DNA of 64,000 nt, taken from contig CAWCAG010000005.1 of the NCBI GenBank assembly GCA_963793425.1, positions 1,088,001 to 1,152,000 of the forward strand. The letters are read 5' to 3'. The stretch is from an uncultured cyanobacterium. Its GTDB lineage: Bacteria; Cyanobacteriota; Cyanobacteriia; Cyanobacteriales; CAWCAG01. The position numbers and the translations under genes were made by a program. Shown here piece after piece: positions 37,604 to 48,254 of the stretch (the first letter of the stretch is position 1; each line of letters begins with the position of its first letter). Under the pieces are notes generated by a model. The model did no database searches. It had not been told where the DNA came from and worked only from the letters and a program-made list of their open reading frames with translations.

Positions 37604-37930
37604 TTATGACGAAATGTCATTGTTTCTTTTGATGAAGGTAGCAATCTCCCAAGCTTTTGTTCTTAGCTCATTTAGAAGATTGTTCTTCTCTATGTAGCCA
37701 GGTTTCCAGGCAAATTTACCATCCTTCAAGCCTTGACAAATAACCAAATCATTGAATGAACCCATTCCTCCATAAGCACCAAGAAGATATTCGATCCCTG
37801 AATAATCTGAGTTCAATAATCTTCTCTTCGATTCTACTATCTGGCTGTGCCAACCAGTTTCTCCATCACTATCAAGTAAGGATGCTATTTGATCGAGGAC
37901 AGCAATAAGTTGTTCTATTTGGGAATCCAT
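37604..37930 (-). CDS. DUF6966-like small protein
   Basis: W...I...YGGMGSFNDLVI motif. Confidence 0.7.
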   Translation of the reverse strand: MDSQIEQLIAVLDQIASLLDSDGETGWHSQIVESKRRLLNSDYSGIEYLLGAYGGMGSFNDLVICQGLKDGKFAWKPGYIEKNNLLNELRTKAWEIATFIKRNNDISS

Positions 37931-37966
37931 TTCCGTACATTTTTTCTCCTTTGTAGCTGCTATAAC

Positions 37967-38824
37967 TTAAAATCTCATCTCTGACAGCTTGCTAGTTGGC
38001 GGTAAATCTAAAGGGATAGCCCCCAACAAACCTTTACGAAAATCATTTAACAGTTGACAAGCTGCCCTTTCTTGGTCACCTTTGTAATTAAGTTGAGCTA
38101 GTTTATCTAAATACTCTTCCCCACTAAACTCATCAGCTTCTAATTGATAGCGAGATTGCAAAGCATCAGCAAAATCAAGTTCTTGTAACAATTCCACAAA
38201 AGCAACTGCAACCCTTTGGTTATCATAGGATGCTTCTCCTATATCATCACAAATAGCCAACTTAATAGCATCTTCTTGATCCTCCAAGCGCCAAGGAATA
38301 ACTCCCGGTGCATCCAACATCTCGATTTGGTCTGAAATACGTACCCAATGGAGTTGCTTCGTTACCCCCGCACGACGGGCGCTAGCCACAGCTTTACGAC
38401 CTACCAAACGGTTAATCAGAGCAGATTTACCCACATTAGGAAAACCAATCACAACAGCACGAACTGGACGAGGGCGCATCCCGCGATCGCGCCTACGTTG
38501 GTTCATCTGCTTCCCTGCATTCTGGGCTGCTTTGATGATTTGTTTAATCCCTTTACCTTTTTGGGCGTTGGTAAAATAAACTTCTTCTTCTTCTAATTGG
38601 AACCATTCTTGCCAAGCTTGTTTAAGATCAGCAGGAATCATATCCACTCGATTAACTACAAGTATTTTGGGCTTATCATTAATCCAATCTTCTACTTGAG
38701 GATGATGGGAAGTAAAAGGAATTCTCGCATCCAAAACTTCTAAGACAACATCAACACGCTTGAGTTGTTCTTTGAGTTGTCTTTCTGCTTTGGCAATATG
38801 CCCCGGATACCATTGAATGAGCAT
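37967..38824 (-). CDS. ylqF: ribosome biogenesis GTPase YlqF/RbgA
   Basis: IQWYPGHIAKA, DARIP, GFPNVGKSALIN, LDAPG. Confidence 0.96.
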   Translation of the reverse strand: MLIQWYPGHIAKAERQLKEQLKRVDVVLEVLDARIPFTSHHPQVEDWINDKPKILVVNRVDMIPADLKQAWQEWFQLEEEEVYFTNAQKGKGIKQIIKAAQNAGKQMNQRRRDRGMRPRPVRAVVIGFPNVGKSALINRLVGRKAVASARRAGVTKQLHWVRISDQIEMLDAPGVIPWRLEDQEDAIKLAICDDIGEASYDNQRVAVAFVELLQELDFADALQSRYQLEADEFSGEEYLDKLAQLNYKGDQERAACQLLNDFRKGLLGAIPLDLPPTSKLSEMRF

Positions 38825-39033
38825 TTAATTGTTGGTTGCTAATTGCTAATTGCTAATGGTAACAAATAGAGGTACTCCAAACACAAATGAATTGCCCCTA
38901 ACTTGAAGACTTAGACGCTCTTATAAAACCTCTATGGCTAGGGATTTAATAATTGTATACTTTTAAAAAGGCAAAAAACAGGGATACAATCTTGCTGCAT
39001 CCCTACTTAAAAAATCAATTGATTGTTGTATAT

Positions 39034-40293
39034 TTATGGAGCTAAAGCGCTACCCCGCAACAAGCTACCGATAGTTTTAGCCGTAATCTTCATTTGAATT
39101 AAAGGATTAGCGGGAACTACAGTTTTGTAAAGGTAACTATCAAAAGTCAGCTTCTGTACATCTTCATCAGCACACATCTCTACAAAAGCTTCCCTAGTAG
39201 CATTGGTGCGATAAAAGACTCTTTGTAAGATATCTAATACCTTGTAAGTCATACCATACTTCTTATCCCAATGCTTGAGGTAGAGTTTCAGATCCGCTTC
39301 TGTAGGAATGGTAGCACCGTTATTGGAGGTTTCCACAATAGTTTCGGCACACATCCGGGCGGATTTAGCAGCAAAGTAAATACCTTCACCAGAAGATTTA
39401 GTAACTGTACCGGCAGCATCTCCCACCAAAGCAACTCTACCCTGCACTCTGCGGGGTCTAGGATGCTCAGGAATAGGATGAGCTTCTACTTTGATTATTT
39501 CGCCCCCAGCTAACCTTTTAGAGGCACGGGCGCGGATACCAGCTTGTAGCTTTCTGATATCTGCTTTATTAACCTTCATTGTGCCAGTACCGACAGCAAC
39601 ATGGTCATATTTGGGGAAAACCCAAGCGTAGAAGTCGGTGGAAACATCATCGCCGACATACATTTCTGCCAAGTTATGGTAATAAGCCATCTTATCTTCT
39701 GGCAAACGAATCCTTTCTTGGAAGGCGATCGCATAGTTATAATCCCCAGCATCAATGGCTTTGGCGATGCGAGAATTAGCCCCATCTGCCCCAATAACCA
39801 CATCAGCCTTTAAGGTTTTCATAACCCCCATTTTGCTACCGTTGGAGTGGTCTGCATAATGGAGAGTGTAAGGCTGTTTATCTGAAGAAGGAATATCTAA
39901 TTTATAAACAGTACCGTTAATTAAATTTGCCCCTAATTTAGCGGCGCGATCACGCATGAAGCCATCTAAGACTTCCCGGCGACACATACCAATATATTCA
40001 CCTTCGTTTTTAATATTGATATCAACCTCGACATTAGATGGCGAGATCATTTTCATATTTCTGACCTTACGGTCAATAATTTTTTCTGGTAAATCAAATT
40101 CGCTCACCATACAAAGAGGAATTGCCCCTCCGCAAGGCTTCGCATTATCTAGCTTACGCTCAAATAAATAAGTTTCAATACCCGCTTTTGCTAAGACTTC
40201 AGCAGCCGAAGAACCAGCCGGCCCTGAACCAACAACAGCAACCCTTAATACCAAGGTCTTTCTCCTTTTCGCTCCTTTAGCTACGAAAAGCAT
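39034..40293 (-). CDS. chlP: geranylgeranyl reductase (likely start TTG at 40254)
   Basis: LRVAVVGSGPAG, AKPCGGAIPLCM, GDAAG, GEGIYFA. Confidence 0.97.
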   Translation of the reverse strand: MLFVAKGAKRRKTLVLRVAVVGSGPAGSSAAEVLAKAGIETYLFERKLDNAKPCGGAIPLCMVSEFDLPEKIIDRKVRNMKMISPSNVEVDINIKNEGEYIGMCRREVLDGFMRDRAAKLGANLINGTVYKLDIPSSDKQPYTLHYADHSNGSKMGVMKTLKADVVIGADGANSRIAKAIDAGDYNYAIAFQERIRLPEDKMAYYHNLAEMYVGDDVSTDFYAWVFPKYDHVAVGTGTMKVNKADIRKLQAGIRARASKRLAGGEIIKVEAHPIPEHPRPRRVQGRVALVGDAAGTVTKSSGEGIYFAAKSARMCAETIVETSNNGATIPTEADLKLYLKHWDKKYGMTYKVLDILQRVFYRTNATREAFVEMCADEDVQKLTFDSYLYKTVVPANPLIQMKITAKTIGSLLRGSALAP

Positions 40294-40458
40294 CCTATCA
40301 CGAGGATTTCGTCTTGGCCAGCTTCAGCCTAACGTTGCAATAGAGCTTAACAACAATGGTAATAATACTTAACAGTTATCAATGAGCAGTTATTAATGAT
40401 TAGTTATTAGTTGTCAGTTACTGTTTCCCTATATATGCTAGGCTAGCTCCGATTAATA

Positions 40459-41523
40459 GTGCTTGTGGGGAGTGAGATTATGGCTAAATTAAAGGTGGGT
40501 TTGTTGTTTGGTGGTTGTTCTGGTGAACATGAAGTTTCTCTTAGTTCGGCAGGGGCGATCGCAACAGCTTTAAGTAAAGGAGAAAATGCTGCTAAATATG
40601 AGGTATTGCCTTTTTATATTCAAAAAGATGGTATATGGCAAGCTGGGGAAATTGCTCAAAAAGTATTAGACTCAGGAAAACCTCGCCAGGAAACAGGGGG
40701 TAATCTCTGGAGTTTTCCTCCCCAAGCAGCAGAGATTGAAGTTTGGTTTCCTATACTCCATGGCCCCAATGGCGAAGATGGGACAATTCAGGGCTTACTT
40801 ACTCTTATGCAGGTTCCTTTTGTCGGTAGTAATGTTTTAGGATCTGCTGTAGGAATGGATAAGCTGGCGATGAAGTCTGCTTTCTCTACTTTAGGACTTC
40901 CCCAAGTTAAATACATGGCGGTTTCCCGTGAGGAAGTATGGTCAAACCCCTGCGTATTCACGAAACTTTGCGATGATATCGAAGAAAAGTTAGGTTATCC
41001 CTGTTTTATTAAACCAGCTAACTTAGGTTCTTCTGTCGGTATTACTAAAGCGAAAACCCGTAGTGAGTTAGAAGCGGCTTTAGATAGTGCCGCTAGTTAT
41101 GACCGACGCATAATAGTAGAAGCAGGAGTAGAAGCGAGGGAAGTAGAATGTGCTGTTTTGGGTAACGATAATCCCAAAGCCTCTGTACCCGGAGAAATCA
41201 CCTTTAACAGTGAGTTTTATGATTATGAAACCAAGTATACCGAAGGCAAAGCAGAGTTAAAAATTCCTGCCCCAGTTTCTCAAGAAATTACCACTAAAAT
41301 GCAAGAAATGGCTATTGAAGCTTTTCTGGCTGTTGATTGCGCGGGATTAAGTAGAGTTGATTTCTTCTATGTAGAAAAGACTAGGGAAATTTTCATCAAT
41401 GAAGTGAATACTCTTCCTGGTTTTACTGCCACGAGTATGTATCCTCAACTTTGGGAAGCTACAGGTATTCCTTTTTCAGAGTTAGTTGATAAGTTAATTC
41501 AGTTGGCTTTGGAGCGAAAGTAA
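40459..41523 (+). CDS. ddl: D-alanine--D-alanine ligase (likely start ATG at 40480)
   Basis: [41 protein letters not shown]. Confidence 0.97.
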   Translation: MLVGSEIMAKLKVGLLFGGCSGEHEVSLSSAGAIATALSKGENAAKYEVLPFYIQKDGIWQAGEIAQKVLDSGKPRQETGGNLWSFPPQAAEIEVWFPILHGPNGEDGTIQGLLTLMQVPFVGSNVLGSAVGMDKLAMKSAFSTLGLPQVKYMAVSREEVWSNPCVFTKLCDDIEEKLGYPCFIKPANLGSSVGITKAKTRSELEAALDSAASYDRRIIVEAGVEAREVECAVLGNDNPKASVPGEITFNSEFYDYETKYTEGKAELKIPAPVSQEITTKMQEMAIEAFLAVDCAGLSRVDFFYVEKTREIFINEVNTLPGFTATSMYPQLWEATGIPFSELVDKLIQLALERK

Positions 41524-41532
41524 GGCAAATTA

Positions 41533-42273
41533 TCAAAAGAGGACATACCGAAAACGAACCACGATAGTTGAACCCAAAGCAATAGCAAAATGAACTCCCA
41601 TCGGCCAACCTATAGAAACCAAAAACCAGTTTAAAAATTGCTCCAACTCTGGAGATACAAAGTCAAATATACTCATCGCACCAAAGACGAGATTAAGAAA
41701 TATAGCAATGGGCAAGTAGATCGGAGGAAGCCAGAATAAGAGCATTCCTGACCCTGGGGCTGTCGAAGCACCTTTACTAAGCAACCTAAACAGAGCAATC
41801 CCAATACAAACGAAGAGGAATATCAGGCCACTTTGAGAGAGGAGTACAGCTTTAGGGGCTGCAATGGTTTTGGCAATGCTGGCAAAGCAAGTCAGAGGCA
41901 CAAAAACTATTCCCAAAGGTAACCATCCCCAACTCATGGGATTAACTAGAGATTTATAGCAGTCAGATAATATTGCTCTAAGCTCTAATCTAGATTTGAT
42001 ACTATAAGGGGCGAAATTGGAATTTTTCCAAACTTCCCGTAACCCTTTAAATTGCAGAATGAGGCCAATAATTAGCCAAAAGCTACCCAAGATTAAGACT
42101 AAAAGAGGCTGGCTTGTTTGAATTAGCTCTAGTACGGTAAAACCTATAAGTGTTAGTGAAGGTAGTACCAATAGTAATTTCCAATCGGCGATCGCATAGC
42201 TGAACTTTGTAAAATTTGCAAAAGCTATCAGGAGGGCAAGAATAAAGAAGACAATAATATTAAGTAGGAACAT
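41533..42273 (-). CDS. multi-pass membrane hypothetical protein
   Basis: 246 aa with about 7 hydrophobic segments. Confidence 0.65.
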   Translation of the reverse strand: MFLLNIIVFFILALLIAFANFTKFSYAIADWKLLLVLPSLTLIGFTVLELIQTSQPLLVLILGSFWLIIGLILQFKGLREVWKNSNFAPYSIKSRLELRAILSDCYKSLVNPMSWGWLPLGIVFVPLTCFASIAKTIAAPKAVLLSQSGLIFLFVCIGIALFRLLSKGASTAPGSGMLLFWLPPIYLPIAIFLNLVFGAMSIFDFVSPELEQFLNWFLVSIGWPMGVHFAIALGSTIVVRFRYVLF

Positions 42274-42400
42274 AGGAGTAAATAAATTAGGGACTCATTC
42301 TTTTTTATCCTCTTTGAGGGTGAAAATAACCCTTGGATGTGTACCTTAGTAAATTGGAGGCATAGATTAGTTATCAAGGATTTATTGAGATGATTTCTTG

Positions 42401-42868
42401 TTAATTCTGTTCTGTTCGTAAAACTCTAAACGGCTGATTGCGACTCTCCCATGTATGAATAAGCGAGTAAAGTTGTGTTTGTTGGAAATAAACTTCTTCA
42501 TAGGCAAGTCGCAAGCTACGTTCAAGATTAATAGGGTTAACATCAGCAGTATTGTTAGAGCCAATAGTTTAAAGTAAATTGGAGTTTCGATCTTGCGGAG
42601 TAGCAAGGCGATCAAAGTCCGCATCAACAATTGCTAAAATTCCCTTAAAATTCGATTCCTTCTCCAATATTTCCAAAATAGAAATTGCCCGCAATTTACT
42701 AGAAGGTTTTCCTGAAGTAGTTACTAACTCACAGCTTGAGTTATTAACAAAACGCTCATAAAATATTTTATCTGAACGCCCTTCTACTAATAGAAATGTT
42801 CCCTGATAAATACTTCGTCTTAAACGGATTTGGTTAGCAACACGGTCAACTGTAAGTAGATTCCTCAC
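42401..42868 (-). pseudogene. DUF4435 / TOPRIM protein (AriB-like) with internal deletion
   Basis: LLVEGRSD and VDADFD, then NLL* followed in the same frame by TIGSNN...LERSLRLAYE...WESRNQPFRVL*. Confidence 0.75.
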
Positions 42869-43575
42869 TATTCTGGCCTCTTCAGTTCAACCGTTAAGTC
42901 CCAACGATCTTGAATAATATCTGGTGAATGAGTAGCCATTAAAATATCTAAGTCTGCAAGTTTAGTTATTTCTTTTAAATCCTCTAAAAACTGAATCTGC
43001 CATCCTACATGAAGAGAAAGTTCAGGTTCATCAATCATTACTAATGAGTTAGGTTGAACTTTAAACAGTAATTCATATAAAAGGACTAGTTCATGTTGTT
43101 CGCCTGATGAGAGATCAGTTGGTGAAAGTTTTTTTGCCTCAGTAGATGAATCATCATAGAGTGTTGCGAAAATAAATCCTTTGTCTTTGCTAAACTTTAT
43201 CTCTTTATAAGAGTAAGCAAATTTCTTATTGATAATTCTCCTTAGTAAGTCAATTTTTCTGGCAGTTTCCGCAAATACATTTAGTTTTTTCTCTACATTT
43301 TCAACATAGACAGATAAAGCATTTTTAGTACTTTCATCTATGTCTTGAGCTTGAATTTGAAATTCTGCTTCTTCTTCTTTATCTAAAAGTCCTACTTCTA
43401 TAAGACGAGAACGAGTTGACTCCAATTTATTTAATTTTTGACGAAGTTCTTCATCTGTTAAGTCTACCGAGGGTTGCTGTTTAACAACCCTCAAAGGAAA
43501 CGTTCTATAATTCTAAATTCCCTAAAAGGAATCTTTTGCAGTTCTGAATATTGGGAATTAAAGAAGCCATTGATG
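42868..43575 (-). pseudogene. ABC/AAA_21 ATPase (AriA-like), N-terminus and middle deleted
   Basis: LSSGEQ signature, MIDEPE Walker B and ATHSP H-loop retained; upstream relic INGFFNSQYSELQKIPFREFRI in another frame; no Walker A. Confidence 0.75.
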
Positions 43576-43705
43576 GGTTGACAGTTTGTTTCCATAAACT
43601 AGATTGAATGTCCATCATTTGAGAAACTACTGGCATGAGATTCAGGTGCGATCGCTTACAGTCGTAATTTGAAGTTGACGGCTGAACAAGTGCTGAGAAT
43701 GAGAT

Positions 43706-44248
43706 ATGAATAATTTAACAGACTTTCTATTGAAACGTCCTGGCTATGCCGTCAAGCGCCTCATACCAGAAGATGCAGATATTCTTCAGAGACTATATGA
43801 GCAATGCAGAGAGTTTTTCATCTTAACTGATGGGCTGCCATCTTCACCGACGGCGGCTCGTGAAGAATTTGATGATGTACCAGAAAGCAAAACCCCAGAG
43901 GACGTTTACATCTTTGGCTTGTTTGATGCAGAGAACAACTTATTAGGCGCGATCGCAGCAGTGCAGCACTATCCTGATACCCAAACTTGGTGGATTGGGC
44001 TAATGATACTTGCTCCTGAATACAGATGTCAAGGCTTAGGAGCAGATTTTTACAGGGCATTTGAGCATTGGATTGCAGCCCAGGGAATATCCCAAATATC
44101 TTTGGTAGCCCTTGAAGAAAACAAGCTAGGGTTGCAGTTTTGGCAGAAAATGGGGTTCGAGGTGATTCGCAAAACACCCCCGCGACAATACAAAGCCAAA
44201 ACCCATGAGGTTTATGTATTAAGCCGTGCAATTGGTAGAATTGGTTAA
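43706..44248 (+). CDS. GNAT family N-acetyltransferase
   Basis: IGLMILAPEYRCQGLG acetyl-CoA motif, N..GLQFWQKMGF. Confidence 0.92.
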   Translation: MNNLTDFLLKRPGYAVKRLIPEDADILQRLYEQCREFFILTDGLPSSPTAAREEFDDVPESKTPEDVYIFGLFDAENNLLGAIAAVQHYPDTQTWWIGLMILAPEYRCQGLGADFYRAFEHWIAAQGISQISLVALEENKLGLQFWQKMGFEVIRKTPPRQYKAKTHEVYVLSRAIGRIG

Positions 44249-44352
44249 GCCACAAGCAGAAGTGACTATGAAGCCATGAAGTAAAAATCAATTCTCCAGC
44301 CTGGGGATCTTTTTGCAATGGAGTTCTTTTTCTTTTGAACTTCCCATTAGAT

Positions 44353-45338
44353 TTAGACAGGTAGAGAAGTAGGAAAAGTAAAAGAAGGAGAGAGATTTAA
44401 TAAAGTAGGATTTATGTAATCGCTTTGCATACCATAGTCGTACATTGCATACTCTATTTGGAGAATGAGGCGATCTTGTTTTTTGGGGGTAATTCCTTTG
44501 TGGAAATAAAGGGGATCTTCAACAAAACCAAAACCTGCTTCACCACAAATAGTCAGGATATTTTCCTGCCCATAATATTGAGCTATTTCTACATCTGAAT
44601 ACCCTCTACGAATTAGTTCGTGAGTTAACTTTTTTCTCGGCAGACTGTACGTAACAAAAACATGAGGCCCGCTCTCGTCATCTACTTTAGTGATGTAGAA
44701 GAAAAATTTCAAGAAACGAGAATCATCTAAATCATAATGAAAAACTTGGGCAGCTTTACGTTGGCTAAAAAAGTCTGTGTTTCTAGCAAAACTCCACCAC
44801 AACTGGTTGCCAATGTGGTAAGGTTGTGTTCCTAAATATTGCTCTGCGATCGCTAATAATTTAGGATCACGGGCTAATTTGGCAATTCCAGGACAATTTA
44901 AACCTGTATTAAAATAGTTTCCGGTAGAAAGGTTTTGTTGTATATATGATCAGGGAGATATTCTTTTTGCCCATAATAAAAACCTTGTTGAGCTTTTCTA
45001 TTCCCATAGCAAGGACTGTTTAAAGCGAAATCAAGAATTTCTTGACGCAAGTTTGCTGGTAAATTAATTCCCAGAGAAATACCCTGTGTTGTTAAAGAAG
45101 TGACAACTTGCTCTATGCTTGATTCACTAAATAAAGTCTGAGTTTGAGTAATACTTTTTGAGGGAGAATAAGAGAATTGTCGCCAAGAATTGAATAAAGT
45201 GCGTATGAATGTGAAGCTACATAAATAGCGCATAAATAACCATTGAGGATTAAGAGTTAAACCTTTATAAAGTTCAACTGAGTGTTCTCGCAAGCTATAT
45301 AATCTATGGGTTAGTTTGGGGATTAATTTTACTATCAT
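44353..45338 (-). pseudogene. PhyH-like Fe(II)/2-oxoglutarate dioxygenase, one frameshift near 44925-44945
   Basis: Two track ORFs join via TGNYFNTGLNCPGIAKLARDPKLLAIAEQYLG; FHYDLDD, SGPH, FHKG, DRLILQ motifs. Confidence 0.75.
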
Positions 45339-45528
45339 GTAACTTAGGTTAGAGAGTGTTGGCTTGAATGTTCTGACAATAATAACTAATTATAAGTTTC
45401 TTGGTTAAAAGAGTTGTAAAGTAAGATTATCAGCTAGTGTTTTACTCTCAATGACAGAAATAAAGAAGAGTAAAAAGGGTTTAAATTTGTTAGGAAAAAC
45501 GGCAGGATATTCAAGCATAATTTAATGA

Positions 45529-45723
45529 TTGACAATTGCCATGTCCACCGCAGGCTTGGCCTACGCAACTTTAACCAGTCAAAAACGTGCAGTATTTGAA
45601 GCTTCAGAAATTTATTTAATGAGGGGAAAACAACCAATAAAAGTAGGAAAAACAAAAAGTGTAGGGCAAGGTAATTTGTCTTTAATAGCACAAAATGCAG
45701 GACACATTCGTTTACTGCATTAA
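45529..45723 (+). CDS. small basic hypothetical protein (ATG at 45541 likely)
   Basis: Open frame with protein-like composition in a gene-free gap; no family recognised. Confidence 0.4.
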   Translation: MTIAMSTAGLAYATLTSQKRAVFEASEIYLMRGKQPIKVGKTKSVGQGNLSLIAQNAGHIRLLH

Positions 45724-45741
45724 AACAATCTTTAGCGCTGT

Positions 45742-45831
45742 TTAGTCAGTGCTAAATTTAGCCATAATGGTAAGTTTGTTATTACTTGATCACGGGATGG
45801 GGCAGCGAAGGTGTGGAAGTTTGAACCCTAA
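45742..45831 (+). pseudogene. WD40-repeat C-terminal remnant
   Basis: LVSAKFSHNGKFVIT*SRDGAAKVWKFEP* fits the WD40 consensus. Confidence 0.65.
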
Positions 45832-45843
45832 TGCTTTCCTCTT

Positions 45844-46653
45844 TCAGTTTGCTTCAAAGCCATACTCCTCAAACACGGCTTTAGCTTCAGCAGAGAAAAG
45901 AAATTCAACCAATTCCTTAGCTACTTCAGGGTTGGCACTATCCTTAACCACGGCGACAGGATAAACAATGGCAGAGTGACTGCTTTCTGGGGCGATCGCA
46001 ACTATTTTTACATCAGGGGCAACCGTAGCATCAGTTAAATAAACAATTCCGGCATCAACATTACCTGTGGCCACATAATAGAGAACCTGACGCACATCTT
46101 TACCATAGACCACTTTAGCTTGAATAGCAGTACTAATCTGCAAACTCTTGAGAATTTCCTGGGCATACTTACCAGCAGGGACACTTTCCGGTTCCCCTAA
46201 AGCAATCTTCTTTACTGCTTCGGTGGTTAAATCGGCAAAGCTATTAATGGTTTGGTTATCCTGGGGAACAATTAATACCATTTGATTTTCAAGTAAATTC
46301 TGGCGAGTCCCCTTCAGCAACAAACCTTTATTTTGCAAAGTATCCATCTGTTGGCTTGCAGCAGCAAGAAAAACATCTACCGCCGCACCCTGTTCAATTT
46401 GTCGTTGTAGAGAACCAGAAGAAGCAAAGTTATAGGTGATAGTGGTTTGAGGGTGCTTCTGTTCGTATAAAGGCTTGATGGTTTCTAAAGCATCCTTAAG
46501 ACTAGCTGCTGCGGAGATTGTTAATTCTGTGTTTTGCGAAAGATTATTTTGACGACAGCTAATCAATAAAAAAGTTAAGCAGATTCCCAAAAATGCCAAT
46601 CGCCAATAATTTTTCTTGTTGTAACCCATAAAATTCAGTTTAACAATTAGCAA
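45844..46653 (-). CDS. modA: molybdate ABC transporter substrate-binding lipoprotein
   Basis: LLISC lipobox, SAAASLKD, NFASSGSLQRQIEQGA, PESVPAGKYA, DAGIVY. Confidence 0.95.
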   Translation of the reverse strand: MLIVKLNFMGYNKKNYWRLAFLGICLTFLLISCRQNNLSQNTELTISAAASLKDALETIKPLYEQKHPQTTITYNFASSGSLQRQIEQGAAVDVFLAAASQQMDTLQNKGLLLKGTRQNLLENQMVLIVPQDNQTINSFADLTTEAVKKIALGEPESVPAGKYAQEILKSLQISTAIQAKVVYGKDVRQVLYYVATGNVDAGIVYLTDATVAPDVKIVAIAPESSHSAIVYPVAVVKDSANPEVAKELVEFLFSAEAKAVFEEYGFEAN

Positions 46654-46738
46654 CTAGCAACTAGCCATTAACAATTAGCCATTAGCCATTAGCCAAATAT
46701 AAAGGTAAAATAGTGAGTCTCAACAATCTGCTCTACTA

Positions 46739-48076
46739 ATGCCAACTCAACCTACTAAAATTATTGTATTAGATGACGACCCCACAGGTTCTCAAACCGT
46801 TCATAGTTGTTTGTTATTGATGCACTGGGATGTAGAAACCTTGAGGTTAGGCATTCAGGATCAATCTCCTATCTTTTTCATCCTTACTAATACCCGTGCC
46901 TTAACTCCCCAAAAAGCAGAGGCTATGACGCGGGAAGTTTGCCGAAATCTTAACCAAGCTTTGAAAGCAGAAGAGGTAAAAGATTTTCTGGTGGTTAGTC
47001 GTTCTGATTCTACCTTGCGGGGACATTATCCGGTAGAAACCGATGTGATTGCTGAAGAATTAGGGCCTTTTGATGGTCATTTTCTCACCCCAGCTTTCTT
47101 TGAAGGGGGCAGAATCACTCGTGATAGTGTACATTACCTGATGGTTGCGGGAAAGGAAGTCCCCGTCCATGAAACAGAGTTTGCCCAGGATTCTGTTTTT
47201 GGCTACCACCATAGCTATTTACCAGATTATGTAGCAGAGAAAACCCAAGGTAGAATTAAGAGTGAGGAAGTAGAACGCTTTTTATTACCAGATATTCGCC
47301 AAGGTTGTCAGGAGAAATTAAAGAAATTAACGGATAATCATTGTGGTGTGGTGGACGCAGAAAGCCAAGCAGATTTAGACCGTTTTGCCACAGATGTCTT
47401 AGCTGTAGCCACAGAAGGAAAACGCTTTTTATTCCGCAGTGCCGCTAGTTTATTAACTTCCTTAGCCAATTTAGGTCAACAGCCTGTTGCAGCCAAAGAT
47501 ATGGCCCAGTATACACCGACAGATCAACCCGGTGTAGTTTTGGTAGGTTCCCATGTTGAGAAAACTACTCAACAATTAACGCAATTACTGAAAGAATCAG
47601 AAACGGTTGGTATAGAGGTAGAAGTAGCTAAGTTAAGGGATGATTCTCAAATCAAAGATGAATTGTTACAAAAAGTCCTCACAGAAGTAAAAAAAGTTCA
47701 TTCTCAAGGCAAAACTCCCGTTATTTATACTAGTCGAGAAGAATTAACTTTTGAGAATATCCAGAAACGCTTAGATTTTGGTGCAGATGTTTCTCAGCTA
47801 TTAATGGATATTGTTAAGGGATTACCGAAAGACATTAGCTTTTTAATTAGTAAAGGAGGAATCACTTCCAACGATGTTCTTAGTACTGGTTTAAACTTAA
47901 GATCCGCTAGACTATTAGGTCAAATTCTACCCGGATGTTCTTTAGTTAAAACAGATTCTAATCACCCCCAATTCCCCAATCTCCCCGTAGTATTATTCCC
48001 CGGTAACGTCGGTGATGAGCAAGGGTTAGCAACCGCTTATAAACGACTAAGGAGTGACAAGGTGACTGGAAAGTAA
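46739..48076 (+). CDS. four-carbon acid sugar kinase family (DUF1537) protein
   Basis: VLDDDPTG, SRSDSTLRGH, SKGGITS, FPGNVG. Confidence 0.9.
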   Translation: MPTQPTKIIVLDDDPTGSQTVHSCLLLMHWDVETLRLGIQDQSPIFFILTNTRALTPQKAEAMTREVCRNLNQALKAEEVKDFLVVSRSDSTLRGHYPVETDVIAEELGPFDGHFLTPAFFEGGRITRDSVHYLMVAGKEVPVHETEFAQDSVFGYHHSYLPDYVAEKTQGRIKSEEVERFLLPDIRQGCQEKLKKLTDNHCGVVDAESQADLDRFATDVLAVATEGKRFLFRSAASLLTSLANLGQQPVAAKDMAQYTPTDQPGVVLVGSHVEKTTQQLTQLLKESETVGIEVEVAKLRDDSQIKDELLQKVLTEVKKVHSQGKTPVIYTSREELTFENIQKRLDFGADVSQLLMDIVKGLPKDISFLISKGGITSNDVLSTGLNLRSARLLGQILPGCSLVKTDSNHPQFPNLPVVLFPGNVGDEQGLATAYKRLRSDKVTGK

Positions 48077-48102
48077 TAAGTAATAAGTAATAAGTAATAA
48101 GT
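48071..48102. repeat. STRR heptamer (AAGTAAT)x4 overlapping a stop codon
   Basis: First unit supplies the TAA of the upstream gene. Confidence 0.85.
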
Positions 48103-48168
48103 TAAGAATATACCATTCCCGATTCTCTCTTTATCTAGCAGATGTCTAATGTTTAATGACCAATCCAA

Positions 48169-48201
48169 GTAGGGTGCTGTTAGCCGTAGGCGTAACGCAC
48201 C
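48169..48201. repeat. REP-like palindrome
   Basis: GTAGGGTGCTGTTAGCCGTAGGCGTAACGCACC, related to 26032-26062. Confidence 0.7.
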
Positions 48202-48212
48202 ATCGAATCAGA

Positions 48213-48254
48213 TAAATGTTAAATGTTAAATGTTAAATGTTAAATGTTAAATGT
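48213..48254. repeat. STRR heptamer (TAAATGT)x6 overlapping the minC start
   Basis: Six perfect units; ATG at 48244 lies in unit 5. Confidence 0.9.

Noticed and set aside
42382..42630. 82-aa track ORF
   Set aside because: Wrong frame; the DUF4435-like C-terminus is in the frame of 42569-42868
43818..44318. 166-aa minus ORF
   Set aside because: Antisense shadow of the GNAT gene
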